DNA of 59,114 nt from Octopus bimaculoides (GCF_001194135.2 NC_068985.1:98446550-98505663), one strand, 5' to 3'. Positions 11,771 to 25,926 are shown, counted from the first letter of the stretch. The notes: generated by a model not told the origin, from the sequence alone. Made by a program: numbers and translations.

Positions 11771-13145
11771 GCTGCAGTCTATTGACAGAGACAACAAAGA
11801 TATGAATCAACCAGAAGCATAGGAGTGAAGTGGTCAGTCTATATATCAAGAAAATAGTATAAAATTCCTTCAAAGGGCACTTTGATACCAGGGTATATAT
11901 AGTGTGTAGCAATATATGATCCAAGGCAGTACATTTATAGTTCATCTAAGCAAGATATCTAATTACTGAATGTGCAACAATTTAACAAGTAGTGGATGCT
12001 ATAACTTTGTGGTTTAAGCAATTGAGAAGCCTGGACCTCAGCTATGCAATATTTACTAAAGCTACCTTCAGTGAGACATTTGGATATTTCACTAAATATT
12101 CACCTCTGTAGCAGATGTTGAACTGAAGAATTATGAGCTATATGAGTACCTCACTGGTGCTGGTGCCACAAAAAAACAAAAAAAAATCTGAGTACACTCT
12201 GTACAGTGGATGGCATTAGGAAAGGTATATATCCATAGATACCATGCCAAATCAAAGGAGAATGGTGCAGTTCTCAACCCCTTTGGATCCTGTTAAATTG
12301 TCCAACCCATGCTAGTATCAAAGATGGACATTAAAAGAGGGTGAACCCTTGTGGTATGATAGTACAATATTTGAAAACTATCTTTTAAGGTATAAATTTA
12401 AATGCTAAAGGGTATATTGAAATATAGTTTCCTGCTTATTAGATGATTATTTCCTATTCTATAAAATCTCTCATATTTTTGCTTTGTTTTAAAAGGGCAA
12501 AGGTCAATGCATTTAGCTGTGAGACAGATATATTTTATTTCGTTGAAGTGTACTTTTGTGTGAACTGGCCATTGATAATTGATGTATTTATTACCACGTT
12601 CATGTTGTAACCAATCATTACCCTTGCGATACCCTTATTTGATGGCTCTACCTTGTAGAAAGAGCAGTCAAATATCCTTCAATTACTCTCATTTTGAAAA
12701 AAAAAAAAAAAAAAAAAAGGGGGACATTGAGTAATATAGTTGGTGGAGAAAGAACAGTTTTATGGGTTGAAGAGTATTGATGACTGTTCTGTTGAAACGG
12801 GGCTGACTTAGAATTAAACCACCACTACCAAAGCTGTCTCTCGTAAGATTGAAACTCAAGGAATTTACTTTCACACACTTCATTCTTGTGTTATTTAATT
12901 TCAGAAATGTAGAGAGAATGTACTTGCTAAAGGTCACTGTAATTTGGAACTCTTTTTGATGTTGCTGTCATTTCCTTAATTTGGCAGATGGAGCTGGGTG
13001 AAGATGGTATACATATTACTAGTTTAAAAGAATAGAGGTTGCTACAGAATATACTGTTGAGTGAAAGGATTTCTAGGGGCTAGAGAAGTGGTTCTTGTGC
13101 TATTTTTTTCACTTGCAACACACATGAAAGCAAATGAAAATGTTA

Positions 13146-13230
13146 TTTACATTATTTACATTTTGTCGGATTTTATCCTCATCTTGTTTGTTGTTGACAC
13201 AAGGTTTTACCCTCCAGCCTTCGTCAGGTT
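13146..13230 (-). mobile_element. Truncated solo copy of the hammerhead-bearing tail seen at 30475-30890
   Basis: Minus strand reads cctgacgaaggctggagggta..aaaccttgtgtcaacaacaaacaagatgagga. Confidence 0.75.
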
Positions 13231-13234
13231 GTAA

Positions 13235-13322
13235 GGCGATGAGCTGGCAGAAACGTTAGCACGCCGGGTGAAATGCTTAGTGGTATTTCGTCTCTTTATA
13301 TTCCGAGTTCAAATTCTGCCAG
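13235..13322 (+). mobile_element. SINE family A head fragment
   Basis: ggcgatgagctggcagaaacgttagcacgccgggtgaaatgcttag...gagttcaaattc. Confidence 0.8.
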
Positions 13323-13680
13323 ATACTGGCATTGATTTCAGTAGGCAAAAAGATGGAGTAATATAGATGAAATTTCTCATTGGTTCTGTTGTTTGAGGCA
13401 GCCCAGGTAGAATGCATATATTGCAATGCGACCTCCAGCTTTCCAGTCCTGCTGTCTATCTCCAGTTTTACAACACCATCAAGTATGTGAATTGGTTCAT
13501 TTCCATCTTGTGCTGGTTGACCTTGGTAGCTACTTCTTGGTCAGTGGTATTGCCCACATTCATCAACACCATCTTCATTGTTAAATGAATAGGATCTAAA
13601 GGTGATAACTTTTGCTGGGAGCTTTTTATATCGGATATGGTCAAGAAAGTAACTTTACTTTTGACTAAGTTCTCAAATTT
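13310..13680 (-). mobile_element. RTE-like LINE RT fragment, heavily degenerate
   Basis: Minus frames give KVNQHKMEMNQFTYL and EIDSRTGK...W...KFHLYYSIFLPT, resembling FTYLGS..EIDxRIGKA..KLxLYxSIVLPT. Confidence 0.55.
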
Positions 13681-13906
13681 CATCTAAATAGTGTCAAGTA
13701 TTTTATTTGATATTTTAACAATCCTGTTAATCTGTCATTATTTCTGCATATAAATAATGGTGCAGGAACAGTTTAGTTAAACTCGTGTTGTAACCACGTG
13801 TCATGTTCAATCCTACAGTGCAGCACTTTTGGCAAGTGGCTTCTATAGCATTCATCTGACCGTTACCTTGTGAATAAATTTGGTAAATGGAAATTCTTTT
13901 CAAGTC

Positions 13907-14110
13907 TAGGTACAAGGCCTGAAATTTTTGGGGTGGGGGGCAGTCAATTGGATTGATCCCCAGTATGCAACTAGTACTTAATTTATCAACCCCGAAAGGA
14001 TGAAAGGCAAAGTTGACCTCAGCAGAATTTGAAGTCAGAATGTAAAGACAGATGAAATACTGCTAAGCATTTTGCCCGGTGTGCTAACATATCTGCCAGC
14101 TCGCTGCCTT
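13907..14110 (-). mobile_element. SINE family A copy (CpG-decayed)
   Basis: ccccgaaaggatgaaaggcaaagttgacc core and head complement ctgccagctcgctgcc. Confidence 0.85.
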
Positions 14111-17100
14111 AATTTGGTAAATGGAAATTGTGCAGAAGTGCATTGCGTGTGTGTGTGTGTGTGTGTTCCCTCTCTGTGACAACAGGTGTTAGTTTGTTTA
14201 CATCCCTTTAGCTTACTTTGGCAAAAGAGGCCAACAGAAATAAGTACCAGACTTTAAAATATAAGTATTGTAGTTGATTTGACTGATCTTTCAAGGTGGT
14301 GCCTCAGCATGGCCACAGTCCAATGAATGACTGAAACAAGACAGACAGATGAGATATAGAATATTAATACCTCAAAAATTATAATGCAAGAAATATTCCA
14401 TCAAATGTCAGGGCTTAACCACTTAGTTTGAGTTCAACAGATTTTAAGTAACCTCATTCTGCAAAAATATTCTTTCTGTTCTCAAAAACAATTTCGCCCT
14501 ACTTTACTGTCTGGGGTGAAACTGAGTTTAAAGGAAAATATACAAAAACCAACATCATCTGGGAATTAGGGTCATTACACAAACATTGCTGTATTGAAGG
14601 TTGAAGATGTAAGCTGAAAATTGGGTCAGTAAGTGTCAGATTAGGGGTGACATTGGTTCGTAATCATAACTGTAGTCTAGCAGTGGAATCTGAACATTTG
14701 TATACAAGTGACAAAACTAATGTTTAAATATTATTTCTCAGGGATTTGTTACAAATTTTTTTAAAGCATTTTATTTGAAAATTTAAAACCTACTTTAATT
14801 TTAAGAAATGCACTGCTGGAGTTGAGCAGAATTGGTGACTCTCAACAATTATAATAAAAGATTGCTAACTGTTTTTCTTGAGGTTACATATATCTGGTTG
14901 ACAAACTAATTTAGCACAAACCTCTCAACCTATTTGTTTGTGAGAGTGGGTAGAAAAAATATTAGTTTTCTTCATCACAGAATTATTTTTAGCTAAAACT
15001 TAAATATGCTAATACTAACCTAACTATAGTTTCATTACTTCTTTTCATTTGTTGACTTAGCTGTTTCATATTTCCCTTCCATGTCAAATTCTTCTATTTC
15101 TTTATTATTCCACATTAAATTCTATTTCTTCTTTCCATGTCAAATTCTCACATTTGTTTCTTCTAACTTTTCACTGTCTTTTAACTTCCTTCTGTGTCAA
15201 CTTCTGAAGATGGAAGTTTACAAAAACAGATTGTAACCCGAGGAAAATTTTTGAATGAAATTAAACTTAGCAATGATGACTAGATGGAGATGTGCATGAA
15301 AGAAGTGCTGGGAAATGAGTAGCATCTTCATCCAGTGTTTTAATTCTGAGTTTTGTCCCCATTAATGGGGGTGGCCGGATCTACCACAATGCCATAGCAA
15401 CCAAGGTAGACGGGTGCAGCCCACTTCGACCTCTGGACTGGCTGCTGCCCAGTCCCCTTTGCTATCATGAGGCTTTGTTAGCATGCTGGTGAGAATAAAA
15501 AATGTAACTGAAGTTGAAAGGAATGGTGTATAGAGCATGTGTAATAGGTGTTAAAATTTTGACGAGAGAGGAAGACGAAGAATTGCAGTAAATGATGTGA
15601 ATAGTCAGTAAATTATGATGATATGCATATGCGAAGCACTTACTTCAAATCCAGATATATGCATTGGAATGACTTTTGATTGTTTAAAACAACTTGAATA
15701 TATCTGATTTTGATTTGAAGACTAAGGTTTGCCTTACTGTCTATATGGCATCTCTCCCAGTTTGACTGATAAAAATTTCACGTGCATGAAGCCAGCAGCT
15801 TGCGAGTTGTGTTTCAATGGTTGTCATGAATTCAACCAAATATGTGCTTATGCTGGTTTTGAAAGACAGCTGAACAGTGTATTGAGGGGAGGGGGAAGCC
15901 AACTGTATCAACCTCATTGCCGAGCTGATATTTTTTCAGTCCCAAAAGGATGAAAGGCAAAATCAACCTTGGAGGCATTTGAACTTATGATGTGGCATTT
16001 CTTCTGGCTCATTACAAGACATTCTGTCCAACTCTGTCAGCTAGCCACCTTTTATGTAATAAGATGCTGTAAGACCTGCCCAAATGGACATAAAAATGAT
16101 GCCTAATGCCAGTCTAAGATTTACAAAAGATTGCATATTTCCTGGATACAAGAAAACATTTTAGAATATAATTCAGTTGTTGACCACAGAAAAAAAGTTG
16201 GCATTAAATTATTTAATGTGGAGTGTATTGCAAAGCTTAATTAAAAATGCTCAAAATTGTTTTGGTTTATTCCATGTCGGCTTTGATCAGACATCCAAAT
16301 TATGGTCATCCTGACTTTATTTCAAGTATAGCATATGTTAGGGTATTTTTTAGAGGAATTGATTTGAGATATTTGACTGCCATTTCTAGCATATTAAGCA
16401 AGTGCTTATATGCCCCATTGTTGGAATGCCAGGAGTTTTCTGTATTTGCTGCAAAAAATTGAAGTAATCACTCATTGACTTATATCATGTTCGTTTTCTT
16501 TTAAGATAATTATTTCTAATTGGATTTTAATGCTCCATGCATTGAATATATTAACTGTCAGACTGGTTCAGAGCTAAAGTCTGACACAAGTCTGATAAAC
16601 TGGCTTCCTTGTGATTAATAAGTTTCAAAACAAAATAGGGGCAAGTAATTTGGTGCTAGACCTTGCTTCCTGAATATCGCAGCACTTACATGTGATTAAA
16701 TTTAGCTAACCTTTGTAAATATCAGTTTTAGGTCTCTGTAGATGTTGCCCTCATGACCTTTTAAATAATTTGAATGTGGTTTAACATAAATGGTAATTTT
16801 GTTTATGTATCAGAAACAAATAATATTTGCAAAATTGACAGCTGGTTTAGTATGGAGTTTCCCATCAACAGATGACTTTGAATTAAACCTTCAACCTATA
16901 CTTCTTTTAGACCAACTTGGGGGCGACCTACAGCCTGCTGGACTCTCATGCTTACTGAAAAATCACCTTGGATTTTTTGTAGTGCTGCTTACCGGATAAT
17001 GAATGTCATGTGCAACCATTTATTGCAAAAAGCTTCCCATTCCTGATTTAGACTTTCATCTTTTCTGAGTTATTGCTTTTGCTTGGTCTCAGGTTATTGC

Positions 17101-17736
17101 TGATTGAGCAGAACTATGACAAAAGGCATTCCAACCGCGACCATCCTGTCTTTATCTGGGGAGAATCTGGATGCTGCAATATAGACTTCCTCATTCATGT
17201 TTCCTATGGTTATTGCAACCTGTAAACCAGATTGGTGCAAGAATTATTAAACAGTGGTGATGGTTCAAAAGCACAGTCTGTAGCCACGAGATATTTTGAT
17301 GTTAGTAGTTTCATAGTTCTGAGTCTTCAAGGTATTCTGTATGATTTTACTCCTGATCTCAAATGAGATTCTTCCCCAAACTTGACAACTGATTCAAATT
17401 AGAGTGGATACTGTCATTTAACTTCAAAGGAGTCTTTGTAAAATTTTGGTAGAAAGGAGAATGGAATAATTCCATTTGATTCATGTTTTGGCTGAAATAT
17501 TAAATTGAAAAGTTATGACTAGCACTTATCAGTCATTACACATGGCTAATATGCAGAAACCCTTTTCTTTTTTCATTAAACTTTACCCTTTGTTGCCCTT
17601 CCAAAGCATTTTCATAATGGTGACCAAAATGTCTATGCACGTTTTCAGACTTTTAGTTCTTTCTTTCTTTCTTTCAAACTTTCCTGGGTGCGTACTAAGC
17701 TATAGTTTCGATATCTTTCTGCCCTTTATTTGGAAT

Positions 17737-17860
17737 CTCTCTCTCTTCCTCCCGACCTCTCTTTCTCCCTCCCCACCTCTCTCTCTTTCTCCCTCCCCAC
17801 CTCTCTCTCTCTCTCCCTCCCCACCTCTCTCTCTCTCTCCCTCCCCACCTTTCTCTCTCT
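17737..17860. repeat. Pure C/T minisatellite, unit about 24 bp (ctctctctctctctccctccccac)
   Basis: About five tandem units read directly from the sequence. Confidence 0.9.
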
Positions 17861-18539
17861 TGTTTAACATAAATTGCTTAATTTATAACAAGCTTTTAGA
17901 TTTCAACATAAAAAAGACAATTGTTTATGTAATGAAAATTTTGTTAAAGCCAAAAATTGGAATATTGTGTATTCATGGTAACAGTTTCTCCATCTCAAAG
18001 CATCACCACTCTGTTTAGTTGATTACCATTCCTTATGAAATGTATAAATATTGCACCCAGGGACCCACAACCTTCCTTCATGCATTATTCTGGAAATCTA
18101 TATAAATTTTGGTACACATTTGTTAGGAAATTGAGTTGATTCAGGACAAGCATGGACACTTTTACAAATGGCTGATTTCTAACATGCTCTAGAATAATAC
18201 TAGTAATTTTATAATTTACAACCTAAAACATACAAAAGTGATTGATTTAAAAAAAAAAAAAACGTAACTATAATCATTGTAAAATTCACCAGATTTCAAA
18301 CTTTTCATAACTGCATAAACCTAAACCACAGAAGTCCAGATATTAATGTACTAAAAATGGCCTGCAAGTATTATAAATGAAGAAATCATAGTAACCAATT
18401 ATAATATAAAATTTTATGAGCACCTATTTCAGAAAGGCCCACTGTCCAGTTAGAGGGCCAGTAGCTCTTTTGTTTCGGGTTGGTTCTTATAATGAATGTT
18501 TAGTATCTTCTTCATAGGCATTGCTTCCCGGGGCATAGA

Positions 18540-18830
18540 TACATTGAAACTCCAACATCTGGCAACTGACTTAGTAAACTCTCAGAAAATTAATCTTTGT
18601 GCCAACAGCCACCTTGGACATTTTTTTTGTGCTCCATGTGTCTAACACACAAGGACATGCCTACAAAGTTAGAAAACAGCACAGCTTCCATGACTTTCAG
18701 AAATATTTTTTTCACACTAAGAGTTCCTGAAGTATGAAACAAACTACCTGCGTCATTTGTTAGTTGCCGAGCCATTGCATCCTTTCAAACCTTCATGCTT
18801 CTTGAAATTTGCCAACACAATACCCAATAT
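18540..18830 (+). mobile_element. CR1-type LINE 3' fragment
   Basis: Translates TQGHAYKVRKQHSFHDFQKYFFTLRVPEV*NKLPASFV, matching the CR1 C-terminal TRGH..K......R..FF..RV...WN.LP. Confidence 0.78.
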
Positions 18831-18988
18831 CCCCACTTCCATATGCATGCACACATGTATATCATGACTCATACACTGTTCACTTTCCTGACTTTTGTAC
18901 ATAATTCTACCTTCTGTACATACACCTTTGATGAGTTGTAGCACACCAGAGCACCATACACAGTAATTTCATTATTATTATCATGTAA

Positions 18989-19207
18989 GGCAGTAAGCTA
19001 GTTGAATTGTTTGCACACTGAATGGAATGCTTAGCAGTACTACATCCATCGCTACGTTCTGAATTCAAATTCTGTCAAGGTTGACTTTGCCTGTCATCCT
19101 TTCGGGGTTAATAAATTAAGAACCAGTTGAATACTGGGCTCAATGTAATCGACTCATCCCGTTCTCCCCAAAAAGCTGCCCTTGTGGCAAAAATTGAAAC
19201 CATTATT
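18989..19207 (+). mobile_element. SINE family A, tail type ii, ending about 100 bp upstream of the coding exon 1 acceptor
   Basis: Core plus tail gcaaaaattgaaacc(att)n. TSD attattattatcatgtaa at 18971-18988 and 19208-19225. Confidence 0.85.
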
Positions 19208-19350
19208 ATTATTATTATCATGTAATGTCCACTTTTCTATGCTCGCATAAATCTTAATTCAGTTTTAGACTTGTAATATGAATGTTCATAAACTGTTTTC
19301 TTTATTTCTAGTTCTTTCTTCCGGTGGAAGGGAAATATACAGGAAAATAC

Positions 19351-19435
19351 ATGGATGTTCTCTTGTTCAAATATATCCACGACAGTATTATTGGGAAAGA
19401 TCTGACATTTCAAGGCCCCTATGGACCAGTGAAAA
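19351..19435 (+). CDS. Coding exon 1 (exon begins 19312; MDVLLFKYIHDSIIGKDLTFQGPYGPVK), ends phase 1
   Basis: Acceptor tttatttctag at 19301-19311, donor gtaagg at 19436. IIGKD..F.GPYG is typical of this family's N-terminus. Confidence 0.88.
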
Positions 19436-22400
19436 GTAAGGATACTGTTCTCTTTACTCTTTTACTTGTTTCAGTCATTTGACTACGGCCATGCTGGAGC
19501 ACTGCCTTTAGTCGAGCAAATCGATCCCAGGACTTATTCTTTGTAAGCCTAGTACTTATTCTATCGGTCTCTCTTGTCGAACCGTTAAGTTATGGGGGAT
19601 GTAAACACATCACCATCGGTTGTCAAGCGATGTTGGGACACACACACATACGACGGGCTTCTTTCAGTTTCCGTCTATCAAATACACTTACAAGGCTTTG
19701 GTCGGCCTGCGGCTATAGTAGAAGACACTTGCCCAAGGTGCCACACAGTGGGACTGAACCCAGAATGATGTGGTTGGTAAGCAAACTACTTACCACATAG
19801 TCACTTATAAATTTTGTTCAATTTTTTTTTAAATGCTAAATTACAGAAATTTAAACAAACCAACACTAGTTATTGAGTGGGTGGGGACAAACGCAGCACA
19901 CATGGGCACACGCATTCGTGCATTCGCAGCTTCCCCACAGGTTCTTTCAACCAAATTTATTCACAAGGCATTTGTTGTCCTGGGGCAACATGTGCTAAAT
20001 AGTGTGACTGAACCCAAAACCACATGATTGCAAAACAACCTGTAGTTCTTTTTTTTTACATTTAAATATCTTGCTATTTCTTGTGTGTTTCTTTGCTCTT
20101 TTTGTTTCTATATATTTTATATTTATTTAACTGGCAAAACATTTTCTTTTTCAGTTGTTTACTGTGATTTTACAGCCTCTGGTCGGTAAGTTTTGAATAA
20201 GTTTTGAACACTTTGCAATTCTTAAAGATGTAAATACTACATGGACAAGCCATTATTAACATTATTTTAATCTAGTTATTCAGAAGAACCTTTCTTATGT
20301 TCAGAAACTTGTAAACTTTCTTTCTCGCAAAATCAAAATTGAACTGATATCAAGTAATTGATTTGTGAAGGTGCATGGCCCAGTGCTTTGACATTGAGCT
20401 CACAATCATGAGGTAGTGAGTTCAATTCCTGGACTGGGCTGTTGTGTTCTTAAGCAAGACACTTTATTTAATGTTGCTCCAGTTATCTCAGCTGAAGAAA
20501 TGAATTATTCTGTCACTGGTGCCAAGCTGTATTGGCCTTTGCCTTTCCATTGGACAACATTGGTGACATGGATAGGAGAGGCTGGTATGCATGGGTAACT
20601 GTTGGTCTTCAATAAACAACCCTGCCTGGACTTGTGTGTCGTAGGGGCATTTCCTAGGTACAATCCTTTGGCTTTTCATGACAAAAGCGGGGTCTTTCCT
20701 TTTTAAATTATAATTTAAACATCACCAGACACCTACATGTGTGTGTATTACTGTCTCCTTTATATCATTTGATAGTTGTAAATGAGTGTCACTATCATAC
20801 ATGCAGTGTACTTCATTTCCAATCTACTCTGAAAACCTGTCTGATCATGGGGAAATACCTTATTTGGAAATAGGTGAAGGTTGGAAACAGGAAAGGCATC
20901 AGGTATAGAAAACTTGCCTTTACAAATTCCTTCAGACTCAATTCAGCATGGAAAAGTGAACCTTAGAGACATTAGATATGATGATCATCATCATATATAC
21001 CGTTTATAATTTCGGCATTTAGGCAAGCAATTTTGGAGGATGAATGTTAGTCAATACTATTGGGATTCTAATGAGTTCGTTCTGTTTTTCTGTTTTTCCT
21101 ACTGGTCAAGCTAGCTAGTGACACAAAATAAATTCTTAATGTGTGTATCTGACTTGAATGGGTTCATTACTTGCTGATGTCATCAACCTGTTTCAGAATC
21201 CTGTTTGTGTTGTTTGGCCGTTTTTGCTACAGAACACAACAATTTGAATTTAGTGAGTTGGTACTATGATATTATGTTTAAAACTATCTATTGTAAAAAT
21301 TGGTGTGTGCTCTCGCTCGTATGAGAAAAACAAAATGGAGAAATTAATATAAAAACATCAATTTATCTGAACAAATTCCATTCAGTATAACATTAAAATT
21401 TTTTATGCCCACAGCTGTTACCCTACCCATTTAATTTAATTTGAGGAATTAAATTAATTTAAATTTTCATACTAAAAATCGTAAATTGGGTATTTCTTTT
21501 TCTCAGACAAGAATATTTATATACACATATCCACCATTATGAAACTAACATCAATAGTTTCTCACTGAAGCACTGGATATAACCAGGGTACTAGGATTGT
21601 AACATTCCTTTAAGAGGATTTGATATCCTTGATGTAATTATATATAAAACCTCAGTTAATATAGACGTAGGTGTCTTTACCTATTAATGTTTGTATGCAT
21701 ATGCATGATAAAGGTATAATTGCTTCATTGATGTGTTCAATTTTCTTTATTTTCCTTCTCACAGGTGCCTTTCGTTCATTGAAGATTATATTCGAAAGTA
21801 TGTGATGCCATTTTATGGTAACACTCACACAACAACAAGTATTAATTCTCGACAGACTTCCTGCTTCAGGGATGATGCTAGGTTAGTATCACTTCAATGT
21901 GAGGGTTTTATTATATGAACTAAGATTTCAAAGCACAACTCAATCAATAAATACACAATGAAATAATTTAGTCAATACTCCTGTGACATGTGATACCACA
22001 AAAAAAAAAAAAAAAAAATACTCGAGTATTTTACCATATTAGCTTTGATAAAACATCCATATTCCATGCTGGTTTAGAAGTTCAGTTCACTGCTAACTTG
22101 GGTTCAATCCCACTGCTTAGCACCTTGGTTAAGTGTTTTCTGCTGTAAGTCCAAGCTGACCAGTGTCTTGTAAGTTGACTTAGTTGAAACTACAAGAAAC
22201 CCATTGTATGGCCTGGACCAATCTTTGGTCAAAACATGTGTACTTGTGAATATATCTAAATGCTGAAATTTCGTAGCTGTGACCACTAGGGTGAAACTGT
22301 TTATATTAACATTACCAGAAATATAAAAAACAAAAGCCACCACTGTAAAAGCTACCTCAAGTCAAAGGTGTCTTAACATTGCTCAGTAATACCTTTGTCA

Positions 22401-25400
22401 GCCACTTACCAGCTTTAAAGCTACTTTTGGCCACTCTTTACAATTTGCATCTCCTATCTGGAACCCCTATCTTGTCTCAAATATAGATCTGCCAGAAGCC
22501 GTCTAGAGATGTGAAACCACACTAATATCCTGTTGGTCATTTGCCATATCTTGAATATTTTTTTTATATTTGCTGGGCATTGATATACTAAACTGTTGAT
22601 GTCTAGCAACTGACTTGATAGAAACCCACAAGATTATCCATAATCTTTCCAATAAACAACTTTGGTCACCTTTTTAAATTCAATATCTCTCCCACTTGCA
22701 GACATGTATATAAAATCAAAAAGGCAATGTAGCACCCATGATTATTAGAAATTTTTTTTTCTATACTCAGAGTAGTTGAAATATGAAAATTAACTATGAA
22801 CATCTGCTGTTAAGTATCAGGACACTGAATCCTTCAAATTCCTGAAATTTGCCAATGCTACTCCTGATGTGCTTATGTACTCCATCTTTTTTATAACTCT
22901 TTCATGTTCAATTTCCAGGTATTTTTTGGTGTTTTATTCTGTGTTTTTCAAGCTTTCATAGCTCAATTTATATACTGCTCTCTGTCCTCTCAACTTCTCC
23001 AACTTATTGTAGTGTGTTAGAGTACTGTTTATAATACATTTTTCTCTTATATACACATCAGGATAAAAAGGTTTTTTAGTTTGAGTCCTTTGTTGTACTA
23101 GATAGTTAGCCAGTAATAAGATACCTAGCAATGATAAGAGATAAAACTGTTTAAGAGATAATATAAATGTTTTAATTTCTGAAGATGTTAATTGTCTAAA
23201 AAAAACACAAAATAATTGTAATAAGTTTTAAAATATATTAGTGATGGTAACATTTTTTGCCACTATAATCTGGCTGTTCTATACAAAACTATTACAACAT
23301 TTTAATCTCAGGAAAACATCTTTTCCAGCTGGTTAACGACACACAACCTGTCTGGTATATTGTGACACAGATTGTGTGTTGTTAACCAGCTCAAAAAGAT
23401 TTTTTCCTAAGGTTAAAATGTAGTAACATAATTCTGTATAGAACAGCCATGTTATAGTGACAAAAACATTACCGTCTGGTATTGTTGCTACTTGTATATA
23501 TCTCTAGAGATTTTAGAGCTAGCTACTTATATTAGTGATGCTGTTTCAGATTTTATGTAAATTTGATAGTTAGTTTCTAGCTTATTTGCAAAAATGAAAT
23601 TAAAACAGAAAAATTACTGCCTTTTTGACTGAAAATGCAATAAAAAAAAAAATATCCTGAATATTTATCTTCAAAATATGTCTATTTTAACAGAAATATA
23701 ATCAAGGAATGTGTTAATGCTTCCAATGATGATGTTGTAATATTTACTGGAAATGGTTGCACAGGAGCTATCCATAAATTGATTGGTGGTTTGAACTTAA
23801 AGAATTCAACTTCTCTTGATAAAACTGTAAGTGACTTCTCATTACTTATCAGGTTCATAGGGAGGTAACTCATAACTATTACAGCTGTACAATTATGGCT
23901 GTTCAAGATGAATTTCTAATGGCTATTTGCTAAAATAATGTTTGATGGTAAATTTGACTTAAAATAATTGCTCTTATCCACATAGATCTTTTCTGTTTGT
24001 CTGCCAGCATCAATCTTTGTTCGAATTGATTTCATATTCACTTTTATAGGCTAGTGCCATGAAAATCATTTTCGTTATAAATCAATAAAGAGTTATTAGC
24101 AATTTCAAAATTTTGGGTAATTTTAGCCAAGTGTAAGCCATAGACACATTCATGCCTGCTTCCATAGTAACAAGTGAAACATGAGAACGCTTTTGTCTGC
24201 AAGAAAGTACGTGTTGACAAACCTATTGAAACCACTTGTTGAGGCTGTGTTCTACTGTTTTGTCCACCTGGAAATTTTACTGATCTATTCGATTATGGCA
24301 GCAAACTCAGATAACCCTATGTCTATGATGGAGACACTGAACAGAGGATGCTGTGTTGTAGCTACAAGAGGCTGTTATACTGGAAAGAAAATTATATAAG
24401 AGGAAAAAAAATTTCCTTATGAGTACAAGAAGACATGATGGGAATGTATATTGGTGATGCTCACGCCAAGAATGCATGGAGTGCTGGCAGAAATGTTAGC
24501 ATGCCGGGCGAAATGCTTAGCGGTATTTCGTCTGCCGCTACGTTCTGAGTTCAAATTCCACCGAGGTCAACTTTGCTTTTCATTCTTTCGGGGTCGATTA
24601 AATAAGTACCAGTTATGAACTGGGGTAGATATAATCAACTTAATCCGTTTGTCTATCTTTGTTTGTCCTCTCTGTGTGTAGCCCCTTGTGGGCAGTAAAG
24701 AAATAAGAATGCATGGAGTGTGCTAGTGAGTGAAGACACCCTTCTTCTTGGGACTCTAGTGCTTTTCCTTTACACATGGATTAAGGAATTGACTTCAGTC
24801 TGGTTTTGTGTTGAAGAACTGGGAGGAACCATTGCACAGCTGTTAATTATAACAGCTGTGTTAAAGAAATGTGCAGAGGACTTGCATCATCAACCATTTC
24901 AAGTTGGTGCTAAAAATAACAGCTAAATGTTTTTGGATAAATTTTAAGTTTGTGCTATCACATTAAATGCATATAGAATGCTTAAAACCACAAAAGACAT
25001 ATTTACGCTTTTCTTTTTGTCATTGAGGTGGTTGTGAGACGTGCTAAAAATAACAGCTAAATAACGTTTTTGGATAAATCCTATGAGCTATCACATTAAA
25101 TGCATCTTGAATGCTTCAAACTACAAAAGACATTTACTTATTGTCTACGTGTAGAATACAAATATTAACCTGTGCTGTTTTCAGGATGTTGATGACAAAA
25201 TGCGCAGTCACACTCAAAATAGCAGCTTCCAAATCCTGTTTTCCTGACTAGGTGAAAATGATGAAACTTTAAACCTTTATAACTTTTAAAAGCGTTTTTC
25301 TGGAAAAAGTGAAATAACTCCAGCAATTCAACTTGGGAAACTAAATTAATGTGCCAAATTTTAAAATTTTTGATAAACTTTTTGAGATGCTGGCAGCGAA

Positions 25401-25870
25401 ACAAAATATCCAATCACACTGCCATATCTACACCCATGTTTTATTTCAGTGACTGAAATACATTTATCATTACAGGTAGTTATCATTAGTCCCTATGAGC
25501 ACTATTCTAATATGTTACCATGGAAGGAACTGGGTGTGACAGTGAGTATCCTTTCTGTATTTAAATTTACATGTTTTTCTTATCTTCTATTTGCTACCTG
25601 CAAATGAATTTTTAAATTTACAGATAAATGTTTTGCTATTATATCAAGACCTCCTGATGTCTAAAGAATATAAAATTTCCAAGAATTTTATATTTTTGTT
25701 CCTGTCATTGGTCTGTGGGACACTGCTTTGAATAGTTAAGCAAACTTACTCCAGTACTTTAATTTTATTTTAAATTCTAGTACTTGTTCTATTAGTCTCT
25801 TTTGTTGAACTGCTGGGTTACAGCAAAATAAACTATCACTAGTTGTCAAGTGTGGGTTGCCTATCTGTAT

Positions 25871-25926
<56 letters not shown>

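Noticed and set aside
17515-18018. 167-aa ORF with SPSPPLSL repeats
   Set aside because: Kept open by the C/T minisatellite; no protein motifs and it lies in an intron.
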